64,000 nucleotides of DNA from Elusimicrobiota bacterium (GTDB taxonomy: Bacteria; Elusimicrobiota; Elusimicrobia; F11), in the NCBI GenBank assembly GCA_044221725.1, contig JBGAON010000005.1:64001-128000 (forward strand), written 5' to 3'. Under the pieces are notes generated by a model. The model searched no databases, was not told where the DNA came from, and saw only the letters and a program-made list of their open reading frames with translations. Shown one piece after another: positions 1-10,289 of the stretch. Position 1 is the first letter of the stretch; every line of letters starts with the position of its first letter. Position numbers and translations under genes: made by a program.

Positions 1-594
1 CTTTTAAAAATTCGTGTGCACAATTTGAGAGAGTGGTCGGACGATAAAAGGCATCGAAAGATTGATGATCGTCCGTATGGCGGCGGAGCGGGTATGGTGT
101 TCCGGCCGGAACCGATTTACCAAGCGTTGAAAGCGCTGGGTGGTTTAAAGAAAGGCAAATCAGCGCCGTGGGTTGTTTATCTTTCGCCGCAGGGCAAGAT
201 GCTCACCCAAAAGTTGGCGGAAAAAATTGCCACAAAGAAAAATTTGATTCTGTTGTGCGGGCATTACGAAGGTGTGGATGAGCGTGTGATGGACTTCGTT
301 GATCAGGAAATTTCGATCGGCGATTATGTTTTGACCGGCGGAGAGCTGCCGGCGTTGGTGTTGGTGGATGTGCTGGCCCGGTTTGTGCCGGGCGTGGTGG
401 GGGATCCAGATTCGGTAAGAAACGATTCGTTCTCCACCGGCATTTTGGATCACCCGCATTACACGCGACCCAGTGAATGGCGCGGAAAGAAAGTGCCCAA
501 TGCGCTGCTGTCTGGAAATCATCGTGAGATCGATGCGTGGCGAAAGAAAGCAGCCTTGCAACAGACAAAGCGGAAAAGACCAGATTTGATTTAA
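1..594 (+). CDS. trmD: tRNA (guanine37-N1)-methyltransferase, 5'-truncated by the window edge
   Basis: Motifs [32 protein letters not shown] and HYTRP; frame is open to position 1; lies upstream of rplS. Confidence 0.97.
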   Translation, partial: LLKIRVHNLREWSDDKRHRKIDDRPYGGGAGMVFRPEPIYQALKALGGLKKGKSAPWVVYLSPQGKMLTQKLAEKIATKKNLILLCGHYEGVDERVMDFVDQEISIGDYVLTGGELPALVLVDVLARFVPGVVGDPDSVRNDSFSTGILDHPHYTRPSEWRGKKVPNALLSGNHREIDAWRKKAALQQTKRKRPDLI

Positions 595-597
595 ACC

Positions 598-628
598 TGA
601 CTCCTAGCCATGAATGCCGGGATGACGA
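598..628 (+). repeat. Degenerate half copy (3' arm) of the family-1 palindromic repeat
   Basis: ATGCCGGGATGACG resembles the TGCCAGGATGACG end of the copy at 48252-48350. Confidence 0.5.
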
Positions 629-647
629 CAAAAAGGATGAAATGATT

Positions 648-1097
648 ATGAACAAACAAGAAATTCTTAACTACGTTGATAAGAAATACGAAAAGAAAGA
701 AGCCAAAGAATTTCGCGTCGGTGATACCGTACGCGTGTCTGTTCGAATCACCGAAGGTGGCGCTACCCGCGTTCAGGCGTTTGAAGGAACGGTCATTTCA
801 TTCAAAGGTCACGGCGGAGCTCGAACCTTCACGGTCCGGAAAATTTCATTTGGTGTGGGTGTGGAACGGTGCTTCCCGCTGACGTCGCCGACACTCGATA
901 AAATTGAAATCGTTCGTTCGGGCCACGCTCGCCGTGCAAAACTTTATTATCTGCGTGACCGTATCGGGCGTGCTGCGAAACTTGAAGATAAAGACGCGCT
1001 TCAGGCCGACCTTAAAAAAACGGCCGCGGCAACCGCCGACGCAAAAGCGGCTCCTTCGGCTCCTCAACAGGAACTGGCTGCCGCCATCAAAAAATAA
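648..1097 (+). CDS. rplS: 50S ribosomal protein L19 with Ala/Lys-rich C-terminal tail
   Basis: [22 protein letters not shown] and RRAKLYYLR; start placed at ATG 648 (642 possible) after AAGGA. Confidence 0.97.
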   Translation: MNKQEILNYVDKKYEKKEAKEFRVGDTVRVSVRITEGGATRVQAFEGTVISFKGHGGARTFTVRKISFGVGVERCFPLTSPTLDKIEIVRSGHARRAKLYYLRDRIGRAAKLEDKDALQADLKKTAAATADAKAAPSAPQQELAAAIKK

Positions 1098-1112
1098 CGT
1101 AACGGCGTTTTT

Positions 1113-1736
1113 GTGCAGCAGCTGGACGAATACGAATTCGATTCAAAAATCCTTTCCAGCTTAAACCTCTCAAAAATCCCCGCGCTCGCCGGCGTCGATG
1201 AAGCTGGCCGTGGTCCACTCGCGGGTCCCGTGGTTGCAGCGGCTGTTATCCTCCCGTTCGACTCTCGTATTGAAGGTCTTCGCGACAGCAAAGTTGTGCC
1301 CGTTGAACAGCGAGAAGCCTTGTTTTGCGAAATTCAGGAAACCGCTCTCGCTTTTGAAGTTACCGTGGTCCCCCATGAACTTATCGATTGTCTGAACATC
1401 CTCGAAGCGTCGCTTTATGCGATGCGACGCTCCGTGCAGGCGCTTTCCATGAAACCTGACATTGTCGTTGTGGACGGAAACAAAAAACCGGGAAGTGGTT
1501 TTCTTGAGCAAGCGATAATTCAAGGGGACGGTCAGAGCGCTGCCATCATGGCCGCCAGCATCCTTGCGAAGGTAACGCGCGACCACATTATGACGGAATT
1601 CCATGAGCTTTATCCGATGTACGGATTTGACGAACACAAAGGGTACAGCTCTGCGCAGCATTTGGAAGCGTTGCAAAAATTCGGTCCCTCCCCGATTCAT
1701 CGGCGAAGTTTTGAGCCGGTTCGGGTAGCGGGATGA
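1113..1736 (+). CDS. rnhB: Ribonuclease HII
   Basis: GVDEAGRGPLAGPV, DSK, AASILAKVTRD and HRRSF motifs. Confidence 0.96.
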   Translation: MQQLDEYEFDSKILSSLNLSKIPALAGVDEAGRGPLAGPVVAAAVILPFDSRIEGLRDSKVVPVEQREALFCEIQETALAFEVTVVPHELIDCLNILEASLYAMRRSVQALSMKPDIVVVDGNKKPGSGFLEQAIIQGDGQSAAIMAASILAKVTRDHIMTEFHELYPMYGFDEHKGYSSAQHLEALQKFGPSPIHRRSFEPVRVAG

Positions 1737-2101
1737 CGAAAACCAAAAAGTATTTCGGCGCTCACGGCGAGCAACAGGCAAAAAACTTCCTGATTGAGAA
1801 AGGCTACCGCTTTGTCGAAGAAAACTTTTGCATCCGCGGCGGCGAAATCGACCTCATCATGGAAGATAAGAAGACGCTCGTTTTTGTTGAAGTGAAGTAT
1901 CGAAACAATTTTGTACAAGGTCCCGCCGAAGAAGCCATCACGCCGAACAAAATCCATTTTGTTACGCGAACCGCGCTCCTCTACATCAAAGCGCGCGGCT
2001 TTCTGGAGCGCGCGATTCGTTTTGACGTGGTGATCATCGATAATAACGGTGTGAAGCATTACCCGGATGCGTTTCAAGCGAGAGGGAATTACTATTATTA
2101 A
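1733..2101 (+). CDS. yraN: YraN (UPF0102) PD-(D/E)xK nuclease
   Basis: GEIDLI..LVFVEVKYR and RFDVV; usual rnhB-yraN order; ATGA overlap. Confidence 0.92.
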   Translation: MTKTKKYFGAHGEQQAKNFLIEKGYRFVEENFCIRGGEIDLIMEDKKTLVFVEVKYRNNFVQGPAEEAITPNKIHFVTRTALLYIKARGFLERAIRFDVVIIDNNGVKHYPDAFQARGNYYY

Positions 2102-2107
2102 TGAACC

Positions 2108-2656
2108 ATGTTGATACGAAAACTTTTTAAAGCCGAGATGGCGCACACCACGGTCGGTGCGTACACCAAGCGATGCCACCATATTCACGGACACAGTTAT
2201 CGTTTCGAATTGTTCCTAAAAAGCACGAAGCCGAATCCCGCTATGATGGTTTCCGATTTCCGCGCCGTTAAAGATGTCGGCATCAACGATTTTTTCGATT
2301 CGTTCGACCACGCCGTGACGATTTGGCATAAAGACCCGCGCGCGAAAATTATTCGTCAGATCAATCCCGATCGGCATATTCTCGTGCCGTTTAATCCGAC
2401 CGCGGAAATGTTATCGAAGGCCTTTTTTGTGGTTGCCGAGAAAATCCTAAAGGTGGGGGAAAAACTTAGCGGTGAACAAGATGTGTCGGTGTCGCACGTG
2501 ATCGTGCATGAAACCGATACGGGCTTTGGAATGTTCAGCGCGCAAGACGTGGCGTTGGATGGATTTCCTGACGTGAAACTAAAAGATTGGGTTTTCTCTG
2601 ACGGAATTCAATCCGAATGGGAAAACAAGCGCTGGCACAAAAAAGTTTTTCGGTAA
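2108..2656 (+). CDS. queD: 6-carboxytetrahydropterin synthase (QueD/PTPS family), long form
   Basis: AH..CxxIHGHSY, DF, FDHA, NPTAE and ET motifs. Confidence 0.85.
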   Translation: MLIRKLFKAEMAHTTVGAYTKRCHHIHGHSYRFELFLKSTKPNPAMMVSDFRAVKDVGINDFFDSFDHAVTIWHKDPRAKIIRQINPDRHILVPFNPTAEMLSKAFFVVAEKILKVGEKLSGEQDVSVSHVIVHETDTGFGMFSAQDVALDGFPDVKLKDWVFSDGIQSEWENKRWHKKVFR

Positions 2657-2659
2657 TGC

Positions 2660-3109
2660 TCAGTAACTCGACCACGGACTCGATTTGGTGTCCGGATGGC
2701 TGCAGTTAACGAACACGCTTCCTTCGTATGGATTTCCCGGCAGGGTGTAGTACCACGCACCGCTTGCGGAGTCATCGAATGTGCTCGTAATTCCGGTTTT
2801 ATTGTCATGTCCGGACGAGGGAACGCCGCTAACCGCGGGAATTGAATAACTTGGAATAGAGTCGATGTACTTTTCGTCGGTTAGCAATGCGGTTGGAAGA
2901 TCATCCGGATAGGCCTGGACATCGGAATAATAAATGCTGATTGCGCTTCGGAGCGCTCCCAGGCCCGCTTTTACCTTTGATTCTTTCGCTTTCGTAACAA
3001 GCTCGGCAAATTTTGGAATCGCCACGGCGGCTAGCACACCTATGATAGCCACCACGATCATAAGTTCAATCAGCGTAAACCCATTGATTCTTGGGGTATT
3101 TCGTTTCAT
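2660..3109 (-). CDS. Type IV pilin / pseudopilin
   Basis: Class III signal G|FTLIELMIVVAIIGVLAAVAIPKF. Confidence 0.92.
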   Translation of the reverse strand: MKRNTPRINGFTLIELMIVVAIIGVLAAVAIPKFAELVTKAKESKVKAGLGALRSAISIYYSDVQAYPDDLPTALLTDEKYIDSIPSYSIPAVSGVPSSGHDNKTGITSTFDDSASGAWYYTLPGNPYEGSVFVNCSHPDTKSSPWSSY

Positions 3110-4953
3110 TTCATAGCGAGTGTAACCAAAAAAATGGCGGTTACAAATGTAATTAGCGCTCCGATGCGAAATGAATTCGGCACATACGCAAAGGTGACGG
3201 AGTGACTCCCTGCTGGTACGTCCACACTGAGGAACGTGTTTTCATAGGGTGTTAGTGCTGCGGGCACCCTGTCTACCCAAACCTTCCATCCCGGAAAAAG
3301 AGTCTCGGTAAACACCACTTTCACGGGACCTATTGCTTGCAATGCGATGCGACTTTCATTCTGTTCAATGATGTTCACTTTTTGATTCGGAATAGTGACT
3401 ATGTTCGCTAAAAAATCCGCGTTGTCGAACACTACCACGTCATTCCAATCTGGGATTGGTTTTCCTAAGGCACTATCTTTCAAATCGATAATCTTGCTGA
3501 TTCCGGCCAAATCAAATAAGCGAGATTCCGGCGCCGCCGAACTGAGTCGACTAATAAACCGGCCTGCGCGTTTGCTCAAGAGGATATCGTAGCTGATGGA
3601 TTCGTTAATCCCAGCACCTGCCGCAATGGATGGTGCCAGAATGCTTTTAATAAACATCAAGTCCTGCCTCGTCTCGACACGCCAGGTATGAATGGTGTTG
3701 GTAATCGCTGATGAATGAAACACTCGACTGCCCGTGGGAATGGATTGAAGTTCCGCGCGCGGCGCGTAGAGTTGAGTGAAAAACGCTTCGCTGGTCCAAG
3801 CGGTGTGAAGTGGGAAACTGTAAATCAAAAAGTCCAAAGCCACGAGGCCGACAATCGAACACGCAAATTTCTGGCTATTGAAATGCTTAATCCCGTTAAC
3901 TGCAACAAGAACCATTAAAGTGGTTGCAACAAGCAGCCAGTGTGCGGGGAACCGGAATACACTGATAAAGGGGATAAAACGGTAAACAGGATTGTACTTC
4001 CCGAGTGCAAGCGAGAACGCCATGAGCGATGCCGCCGCAAGTATTCTTTCTTGCCGGCCGCCTTTGGTCACCGCCCATACAAAAAGAAGCAACATTATTG
4101 GACCCACATAAGAGCTGACAATAGCGGGATCCGAGTTGGTTACCGGTGTGAGGCGCGACAAAAGAAAACCAGGCATGAATATTTGCCGAAATAATTCGAG
4201 CGGGTGTAACGAGAACTCGAATGCTTGATTCGAAGACACCAATACTGGTCGGATCGATTCCCTGAGCATTTCGAAAAATGGAACCCACTGAATAGCGCAG
4301 ATTCCGAGCATCACGCATAACGCTTTGGATAAAATCCGCCAATCTATACGAGGGTAAGACTCCGAAAAAGAGATGCTCAATAAAATAAAAATGGACAGAA
4401 TGAAAAATGGAGGGAAACCTGCCATCCATTGACACGACAAAAGCAGACCTAATGTTATTGGCTTTTTTTCCATCTCCGCCCAAATGAGTGCGGGCACCCA
4501 CGCCATCGCCGCGAAAGGTGTCATAAGAGTAACTCGAGCAAGAAACATTCCGCCAAATGCAAATGCAACGACGGCCAGCGCCCCGCCCGATTTGTTTTGT
4601 GATATTTTCTGCCCGATCAAAAAGGAAAACATCGCGGCCAATAAAACATGCGCGACAATGAACACCCGTTCATAATCAAGGAAACCAAAAGCGACCGAGA
4701 GAAATCGAAACGGGTACAGTGCTTGATTTTGGGGATCAGCTAGGAAGGGTTGTCCGAAATTACGAGTCGGATCCCACAGAAAATTCCAATCCAACAGAAA
4801 TCGTTTCCCAATGGACCAGGACGGATAGAAAAACCGAAGAGTATTGCCATCGAACGGGATCAGCGAGCGTAACAACAAGCGGTGCCAATAAACCAAAACG
4901 TAACTCGTTGCAAGCAGCGTCACTGTCAGCGTTTGCTTGTATCTTGGGCGCAT
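3106..4953 (-). CDS. YfhO-like polytopic membrane protein, GT-C glycosyltransferase candidate
   Basis: D..FFYP, LWDP..GQPFLADPQ..LYP, FRFP and C-terminal PGWKVWVD..VPAGSHSVTFAY; start placed at the ATG at 4953 (ORF track gives 4962). Confidence 0.8.
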   Translation of the reverse strand: MRPRYKQTLTVTLLATSYVLVYWHRLLLRSLIPFDGNTLRFFYPSWSIGKRFLLDWNFLWDPTRNFGQPFLADPQNQALYPFRFLSVAFGFLDYERVFIVAHVLLAAMFSFLIGQKISQNKSGGALAVVAFAFGGMFLARVTLMTPFAAMAWVPALIWAEMEKKPITLGLLLSCQWMAGFPPFFILSIFILLSISFSESYPRIDWRILSKALCVMLGICAIQWVPFFEMLRESIRPVLVSSNQAFEFSLHPLELFRQIFMPGFLLSRLTPVTNSDPAIVSSYVGPIMLLLFVWAVTKGGRQERILAAASLMAFSLALGKYNPVYRFIPFISVFRFPAHWLLVATTLMVLVAVNGIKHFNSQKFACSIVGLVALDFLIYSFPLHTAWTSEAFFTQLYAPRAELQSIPTGSRVFHSSAITNTIHTWRVETRQDLMFIKSILAPSIAAGAGINESISYDILLSKRAGRFISRLSSAAPESRLFDLAGISKIIDLKDSALGKPIPDWNDVVVFDNADFLANIVTIPNQKVNIIEQNESRIALQAIGPVKVVFTETLFPGWKVWVDRVPAALTPYENTFLSVDVPAGSHSVTFAYVPNSFRIGALITFVTAIFLVTLAMK

Positions 4954-4960
4954 TGTCGGC

Positions 4961-4969
4961 ATTGTAACA
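4961..4969 (-). promoter_or_regulatory. Extended -10 element TGTTACAAT, 7 nt before the ATG (leaderless geometry)
   Basis: Minus strand reads TGTTACAAT-GCCGACA-ATG; no SD. Confidence 0.55.
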
Positions 4970-5072
4970 TGGACCGATTTGCCTTTCTGAAATTAGATTT
5001 ATTAGAGTGCTCGCCCTTCTCCAACGCCCTCCGTCGGATAACTGTTGTCGATCCCCTTCAAAGGCTGGCATT

Positions 5073-6602
5073 ATGCTTTCTCATGTATTAACCGCTTCGG
5101 TGTACGGTGTGGACGGTTACGCGGTTACCGTCGAAGTCGATTTTCGAGCGGGACTGCCCTCGTTCAATATCGTTGGTTTGCCGGATGCGAGTATTCGCGA
5201 GTCTCGTGAACGGGTTGTTGCGGCGATTAAGAATTCGGGTTTTGTTTTTTCTCCGCAGCGGATCACCGTTAATCTTGCGCCGGCCCATTTAAAAAAGGAA
5301 GGGCCCGCTTTCGATCTGCCAATCGCGATCGGCATCCTTGTGGCCGCGGAAATAATAAGCGCCGATGTTTTGTCGGGGTGTGCGTTCCTCGGGGAGCTCG
5401 GTTTGAATGGGGACCTGCGCGCCATTCGCGGTGTGTTGCCTTGCGCCATCGGCTTGCAGAAAAAAGGTGTTTCCCGGTTGGTGCTACCCGAACGAAATGC
5501 CAACGAGGCAGCGGTTGTTCAAGGGATTGAGGTGCTTCCGTTTCGAACTCTTGCCGAAGTGGTGGCCTATCTCCAGGGCGAGATCAACAAGAATCCGCAT
5601 GAGATCGATCGAGCGAATATTTTCGAGCGCTCGCTGGCCCACAACGTGGATTTTTCTGACGTAAAAGGACAGGTCATCGCAAAGCGCGCGCTGGAAATAG
5701 CGGCTGCCGGAAATCATAACGCGATTCTCGTCGGGCCTCCAGGTTCCGGAAAGACGCTTCTTGCGAGACGATTCCCGAGTATTTTGCCTGACATGGAATT
5801 TGATGAAGCATTGGAAACCACCAAAATTCATTCCGTCGCCGGATTGTTGCGCGAATCCACGCAGCTGGTTGCAACCCGGCCTTTTCGAAGCCCTCATCAC
5901 CAGGTAAGTAATGTTGCCTTGATCGGTGGTGGTAGCAATCCCAAGCCCGGGGAAGTATCGCTGGCTCATCGCGGCGTTTTGTTTCTCGACGAATTTCCAG
6001 AATTTGGCCGAAGCGTTTTGGAGGGTCTGCGGCAACCATTGGAAGACCGTTTCGTTACGATTGCCCGGATTTCAAATTCGGTTCGATACCCATCCGATTT
6101 TTTGCTGCTGGCGGCAGCGAATCCGTGTCCGTGCGGTTATTGGGCCAGTGGTGTGCGGCCGTGCTCCTGTGCGCCGACGCTGGTTCAAAAATACAGGTCG
6201 AAGATGTCGGGGCCGCTTCTGGACCGGATCGATCTTCACGTGGAAGTCCCGGCTCTCAAGCTCGATGAGATTACCGATGCCGAGAGCAGCACCGAAGCAT
6301 CCGCCGCCGTGCGCGAGCGCGTCATTCGCGCGCGTTTGATTCAAAAAAACAGATTCGCGGGCCTTGGAATTTATGAAAATAGCCGAATGTCGGTGCCTCA
6401 TATCAAAATGTTCTGTCGTCTCGATGGAAACGCGAGGAAACTGCTGAAGGATGCTATTCGACGTCTGGGTCTTTCCGCGCGCGCGTACGACCGAATTCTC
6501 AAAGTGTCTCGAACTATCGCGGATCTCGAAGCCCAGCCAGATATAACAGCTGCGAATGTCGCGGAAGCCATTGGATTTCGGTTTTTGGATCGGCCCACAT
6601 GA
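5073..6602 (+). CDS. comM: ComM/YifB Mg-chelatase-like AAA+ ATPase
   Basis: IVGLPD..ESRERV, NLAPA, Walker A GPPGSGKT, RPFRSPHH, LFLDE, NPCPCG and LSAR. Confidence 0.95.
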   Translation: MLSHVLTASVYGVDGYAVTVEVDFRAGLPSFNIVGLPDASIRESRERVVAAIKNSGFVFSPQRITVNLAPAHLKKEGPAFDLPIAIGILVAAEIISADVLSGCAFLGELGLNGDLRAIRGVLPCAIGLQKKGVSRLVLPERNANEAAVVQGIEVLPFRTLAEVVAYLQGEINKNPHEIDRANIFERSLAHNVDFSDVKGQVIAKRALEIAAAGNHNAILVGPPGSGKTLLARRFPSILPDMEFDEALETTKIHSVAGLLRESTQLVATRPFRSPHHQVSNVALIGGGSNPKPGEVSLAHRGVLFLDEFPEFGRSVLEGLRQPLEDRFVTIARISNSVRYPSDFLLLAAANPCPCGYWASGVRPCSCAPTLVQKYRSKMSGPLLDRIDLHVEVPALKLDEITDAESSTEASAAVRERVIRARLIQKNRFAGLGIYENSRMSVPHIKMFCRLDGNARKLLKDAIRRLGLSARAYDRILKVSRTIADLEAQPDITAANVAEAIGFRFLDRPT

Positions 6603-8101
6603 GGCTAAACCGAATCTTTGTCGGTTCGTTTTTTGTTGGCGTTGCCGCACTCTATTGGGTGTGTCGGAACGCGTACTTTGTTGGGTTCTTCAACGATGAC
6701 GCTTTTTATCTCATCGGTGCACGATCACTCTTGCTCGGAAAATATGTCGCTTTGAACGAACCAACCGAGCCGATGCTGGGCTATATGCCCGGCTATTCGA
6801 TGCTGCTCGCGCCAATCAGTTTCTTTGCGCGCAGTTGGTTTCTGCCGCATCAGATTTTTTCGATCTTGCTGAGTATGCTCTCGCTGGTCGCCTACCGATT
6901 CTTCCTCAATAAGAAAATGCCCGCAGCCACGATCAACGCGGCGTTAATAATTGCGGCATTAAATCCTCTTGCGGTCTCGCTTTCGGGTACAATTTTGTCG
7001 GACGTTCCATATTTGCTTTTTTCCATGATCATCGTGTTGTGCTCCGAACGAGCGTGGAACGCGGAAAAAAACGTCGTCGCCGATTGGTTCGTGCTTTTCG
7101 TTTTGTGTGTTTACGCGGCGATGCTGCGTCCGTCCGGTGCGGCGTGGGGCATCGCTGTGGCGGTCGCGTTGGCAATTGACAAAAAATGGACCAGATTTGC
7201 CGCTTTTTCGGTGGCGTACGTCGTTATGGTGTTCGCGATAGCATGGCCAGAAATCAGGCGTTATCTATTCGAATTAGGTTCAGCGGACACGCTTCACAGG
7301 GTATCGAGTGCGCCAGCCGAGTACGTGGTAAGGAACATACGTTTCTATTTGCACGAACTGTTCGTGCACAACTTAATTCGTTCTGGAAATCCCATCTTTC
7401 AGTTTTCAACAATTGTCGTTTGCTTCGCACTGATGGTAACCGGTGCGTGGCGATACGGAGTTAATGGTCAGCGAAAAGTACTTCTCATTTATTTGGCTCT
7501 CTACGCACTCATTCAGCTTGCCTGGCCGAAACAATCCGGCAGATATGTTTACGCAGTTTTTCCGTTTGTGGTTTTCTTTATCTCGTTAGGATTGGTTCGC
7601 ACGGATAGAACTAAAACCTCTGCGCTCGTCTCTATGTTCCTCGGGCTCACGCTATTCTGCATTGTTCCGCCAATTCGCGCGATTGTGCGTTCGTCCGTAT
7701 CTCGCGATACGCCACTCAGTTCACCGCCGTCTGAGATGTTGGAATGGATTTCGAGAAACACCGCCCGCACGGATATATTTGCGGCAGAATTGGATGGAGC
7801 CTTTTATATTCAAACGGACCGAAAAACGTATCACCTTCCGAAGATTTTTCACACGGATGAGTTTTTCCGTTGGTGTGAGCAGCGGGCGGTTAAATATGTT
7901 GTGTTCGATTCAAGGGATTTTATTATGCGAACACCCGGCGGAAATACAGTGCACGACCCCTTTCCGAACGAAGAATTGGCGAGAATTCTATCGACCCCCG
8001 ACGCATTTAAGGAAGTATTCCACTCGTCGCAGGGTGAACAACGGATTTATCGCGTCAACATTCTTAAAGCGTCCCTTGACACAGGCACGTTCACAACTTA
8101 A
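6599..8101 (+). CDS. ArnT/PMT-like (GT39/GT83-type) GT-C membrane glycosyltransferase
   Basis: Acidic DD..Y loop after TM1, PGY, SDVPY, many TM segments, RY..P and a periplasmic C-terminal domain. Confidence 0.7.
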   Translation: MRLNRIFVGSFFVGVAALYWVCRNAYFVGFFNDDAFYLIGARSLLLGKYVALNEPTEPMLGYMPGYSMLLAPISFFARSWFLPHQIFSILLSMLSLVAYRFFLNKKMPAATINAALIIAALNPLAVSLSGTILSDVPYLLFSMIIVLCSERAWNAEKNVVADWFVLFVLCVYAAMLRPSGAAWGIAVAVALAIDKKWTRFAAFSVAYVVMVFAIAWPEIRRYLFELGSADTLHRVSSAPAEYVVRNIRFYLHELFVHNLIRSGNPIFQFSTIVVCFALMVTGAWRYGVNGQRKVLLIYLALYALIQLAWPKQSGRYVYAVFPFVVFFISLGLVRTDRTKTSALVSMFLGLTLFCIVPPIRAIVRSSVSRDTPLSSPPSEMLEWISRNTARTDIFAAELDGAFYIQTDRKTYHLPKIFHTDEFFRWCEQRAVKYVVFDSRDFIMRTPGGNTVHDPFPNEELARILSTPDAFKEVFHSSQGEQRIYRVNILKASLDTGTFTT

Positions 8102-8162
8102 CTTTAGTGGGAGTTTTCATAATTGCATCGAAATAGTGTGGTGTTCCGGAGGTTTTCGAAAA

Positions 8163-8744
8163 ATGAAAAAGGTTCTTATTAGATTTGGACTTGCGTCCAC
8201 CTTCGTTTTGTCTCTGTATTTCATGATTACGCGGTCCCAAGCGGAAGACACGAATGTGATTGTTGAAGATGAAAGCGCGGCACAGCCTGCCGCCGCCGCT
8301 GCCGATACCGCTGAAGCTGTTCCGGCCGAAAAGGTTAAAGAGGAAGAAACTCCCGCCGAGGAAACTCCGGTCAAACCAAAATCAACGAAACCAGCAAAAC
8401 GAACGGATCGCGCAGATGCTTTTGTGGCAGGCGCCGATTGGGAATTTGATGGATTTGTCGCTGGCGGACAGGATTCCAATGTTCGGAGCATGTTTTACCT
8501 GAACGACCTGATTTATGTGAATATCGGTTCTCAGCAAGGGGTGGGGACGGGCGATAAGATCGGTATTTATAAGAGAGGCGATCGGTTGCGCGATCCACAG
8601 AGCGGAAAATTCATCGGCTACGAAGTTCGACGGGCGGCAATCGCGCGTGCCACCGATCGCGTCGAAGATGAGACCGCGGCGCTGCGGATCACGAACACGT
8701 ACGAACCTGTTGAGATTGGTGATCTCGTTCGCCGGGAACAGTAG
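8163..8744 (+). CDS. Exported protein with FlgT-C-like domain (TsaP-like, no LysM)
   Basis: SD GGAGG; signal peptide; acidic Ala/Pro linker; DLIYVNIG..GDKIGIY..DP.SG..IG..GDLV. Confidence 0.6.
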   Translation: MKKVLIRFGLASTFVLSLYFMITRSQAEDTNVIVEDESAAQPAAAAADTAEAVPAEKVKEEETPAEETPVKPKSTKPAKRTDRADAFVAGADWEFDGFVAGGQDSNVRSMFYLNDLIYVNIGSQQGVGTGDKIGIYKRGDRLRDPQSGKFIGYEVRRAAIARATDRVEDETAALRITNTYEPVEIGDLVRREQ

Positions 8745-8747
8745 TCG

Positions 8748-9119
8748 TTGCGAAATTTTTTCATTTTCGTTGTTGTGCTCGTCGTCGGCGTGAAGTTTGG
8801 AGCCGATTATTTGCTATCCGACAAGTTCGAGGATTACGCAAACCAAACAAAAGAACCCATGACCTGTCAGTTTGAAAACACGCTTGGCTATTTGCATATG
8901 ATGATGAGCGAATACAAAAAAGGGTATTACCGGTTTTCTCACACTATTGATCGGTGCCCGGATACCCCGGTCGCGGAAACCGCCGAATTTAATCTTGCTC
9001 GATGCCTCGAAGGCATGGGCGAGCGCGACAACGCCGTCAGGGCGTACGACGCTTTTGCGAAGAAGTATCCGAACTCGGATCGAGCGAAAATAGCGTATAG
9101 AGCGTCTGGCACGTTGTAA
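8748..9119 (+). CDS. Membrane-anchored TPR protein
   Basis: N-terminal TM; AEFNLARCLE..A..AY..KYPNS TPR pattern. Confidence 0.65.
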   Translation: MRNFFIFVVVLVVGVKFGADYLLSDKFEDYANQTKEPMTCQFENTLGYLHMMMSEYKKGYYRFSHTIDRCPDTPVAETAEFNLARCLEGMGERDNAVRAYDAFAKKYPNSDRAKIAYRASGTL

Positions 9120-9158
9120 TCGTTTTCCATTCTCCCCTCCAACCTTAGGAGGGGTCTT

Positions 9159-10265
9159 ATGTTCACAGAAGAAGTATATGCGTCGTTGCTGTTAAACAGC
9201 ATTCCCGAAATTGGGCCGAAGCGGTTTCAATCATTAATCGAAATTTTTGGATCCGCACACTCCGCGCTCAAAGCGCGTGCAACAAATTGGCGATCGGTTC
9301 CATTTTTCGAACAACACATTCTTGAGAAAATAGAAAGTCAGTTTGTCGATATTCAACGCGCGGCTGAGAATGATCTCGAAGTCGTCAACCGATCCGGTGT
9401 TAAAGTGTTTCTGGCGCATCAAGGGGATTACCCGGCGCTTTTGAAACAGACGGTAAACCCTCCGCCGGTTCTGTACGTAAAAGGAGCCGATATCTTAGCT
9501 CAGCAGCCTGCGATAGCAATGGTGGGAAGTCGGCGGTGCAGTTATTACGGCGAAAAAATGGCGACGACGCTGGCGGGCGATCTCAGTGCTTTTGGCATCA
9601 CGACCATCAGCGGCCTTGCCCGTGGAATTGATACGTTTGCGCATCGCGCTTCCCTGGCCGCCGGCGGAGAGACATGGGCTGTAATTGGCGCGGGCCTTTC
9701 TCGAATCTATCCTCCGGAAAACAGCAATCTGGCGGCTGAGATAGAGAAGCGCGGGGCGATTATTAGCGAGTTCCCGATGGCGACGCGCCCGCTTCCTGCT
9801 AATTTTCCCCGCCGAAATAGAGTAATTGCCGGTTTCGCTCAGGCAACGATTGTGATTGAAGGCACCGCGCGGAGCGGCTCGCTGATCACCGCGCGGCTTG
9901 CGGCCGAACAGGGCCGCGATGTTTTTGCAGTTCCGGGTCCCGTCACGTCGCCACTTAGCGAAGCGCCGCATCAATTGCTGCAGATGGGAGCCGCGATGGC
10001 GGTTTCGGCGGAACAAGTGCTTCGCGATTTGGGAATTTCGGTTCAAAAGCAAGCCGCGATGGCCATCGATAAAAGGACCGGGGACGCGAGGCATTCCGAA
10101 ACTTTTCGACGGGTTCTTTCGTTTCTCGGAGAAGAAACGGTGCCGCGAGAAATTTTGGCGCAGAAGTTGAATTGCACGACAAGTCAGCTATCCTCCTTAT
10201 TATTACAGATGGAAATGGCTGGAATTATCCGATCGGTTCCGGGCGGAGGCGTGCTTAAATCTTGA
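9159..10265 (+). CDS. dprA: DNA processing protein DprA
   Basis: PPPVLYVKG, VGSR, SGLARGID, FPRRNR, SGSLITA and VFAVPG; C-terminal winged helix; SD AGGAGG. Confidence 0.96.
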   Translation: MFTEEVYASLLLNSIPEIGPKRFQSLIEIFGSAHSALKARATNWRSVPFFEQHILEKIESQFVDIQRAAENDLEVVNRSGVKVFLAHQGDYPALLKQTVNPPPVLYVKGADILAQQPAIAMVGSRRCSYYGEKMATTLAGDLSAFGITTISGLARGIDTFAHRASLAAGGETWAVIGAGLSRIYPPENSNLAAEIEKRGAIISEFPMATRPLPANFPRRNRVIAGFAQATIVIEGTARSGSLITARLAAEQGRDVFAVPGPVTSPLSEAPHQLLQMGAAMAVSAEQVLRDLGISVQKQAAMAIDKRTGDARHSETFRRVLSFLGEETVPREILAQKLNCTTSQLSSLLLQMEMAGIIRSVPGGGVLKS

Positions 10266-10271
10266 CTTAGT

Positions 10272-10280
10272 TGTTACAAT
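10272..10280 (+). promoter_or_regulatory. Extended -10 element TGTTACAAT, 9 nt before the topA ATG
   Basis: TGTTACAATGCC is identical to the element upstream of the YfhO-like gene; no SD. Confidence 0.55.
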
Positions 10281-10289
10281 GCCAAACCT

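Noticed and set aside
7662..8162. N-terminal 167 aa of the 360-aa ORF
   Set aside because: Overlaps the GT gene; SD and signal peptide place the start at 8163
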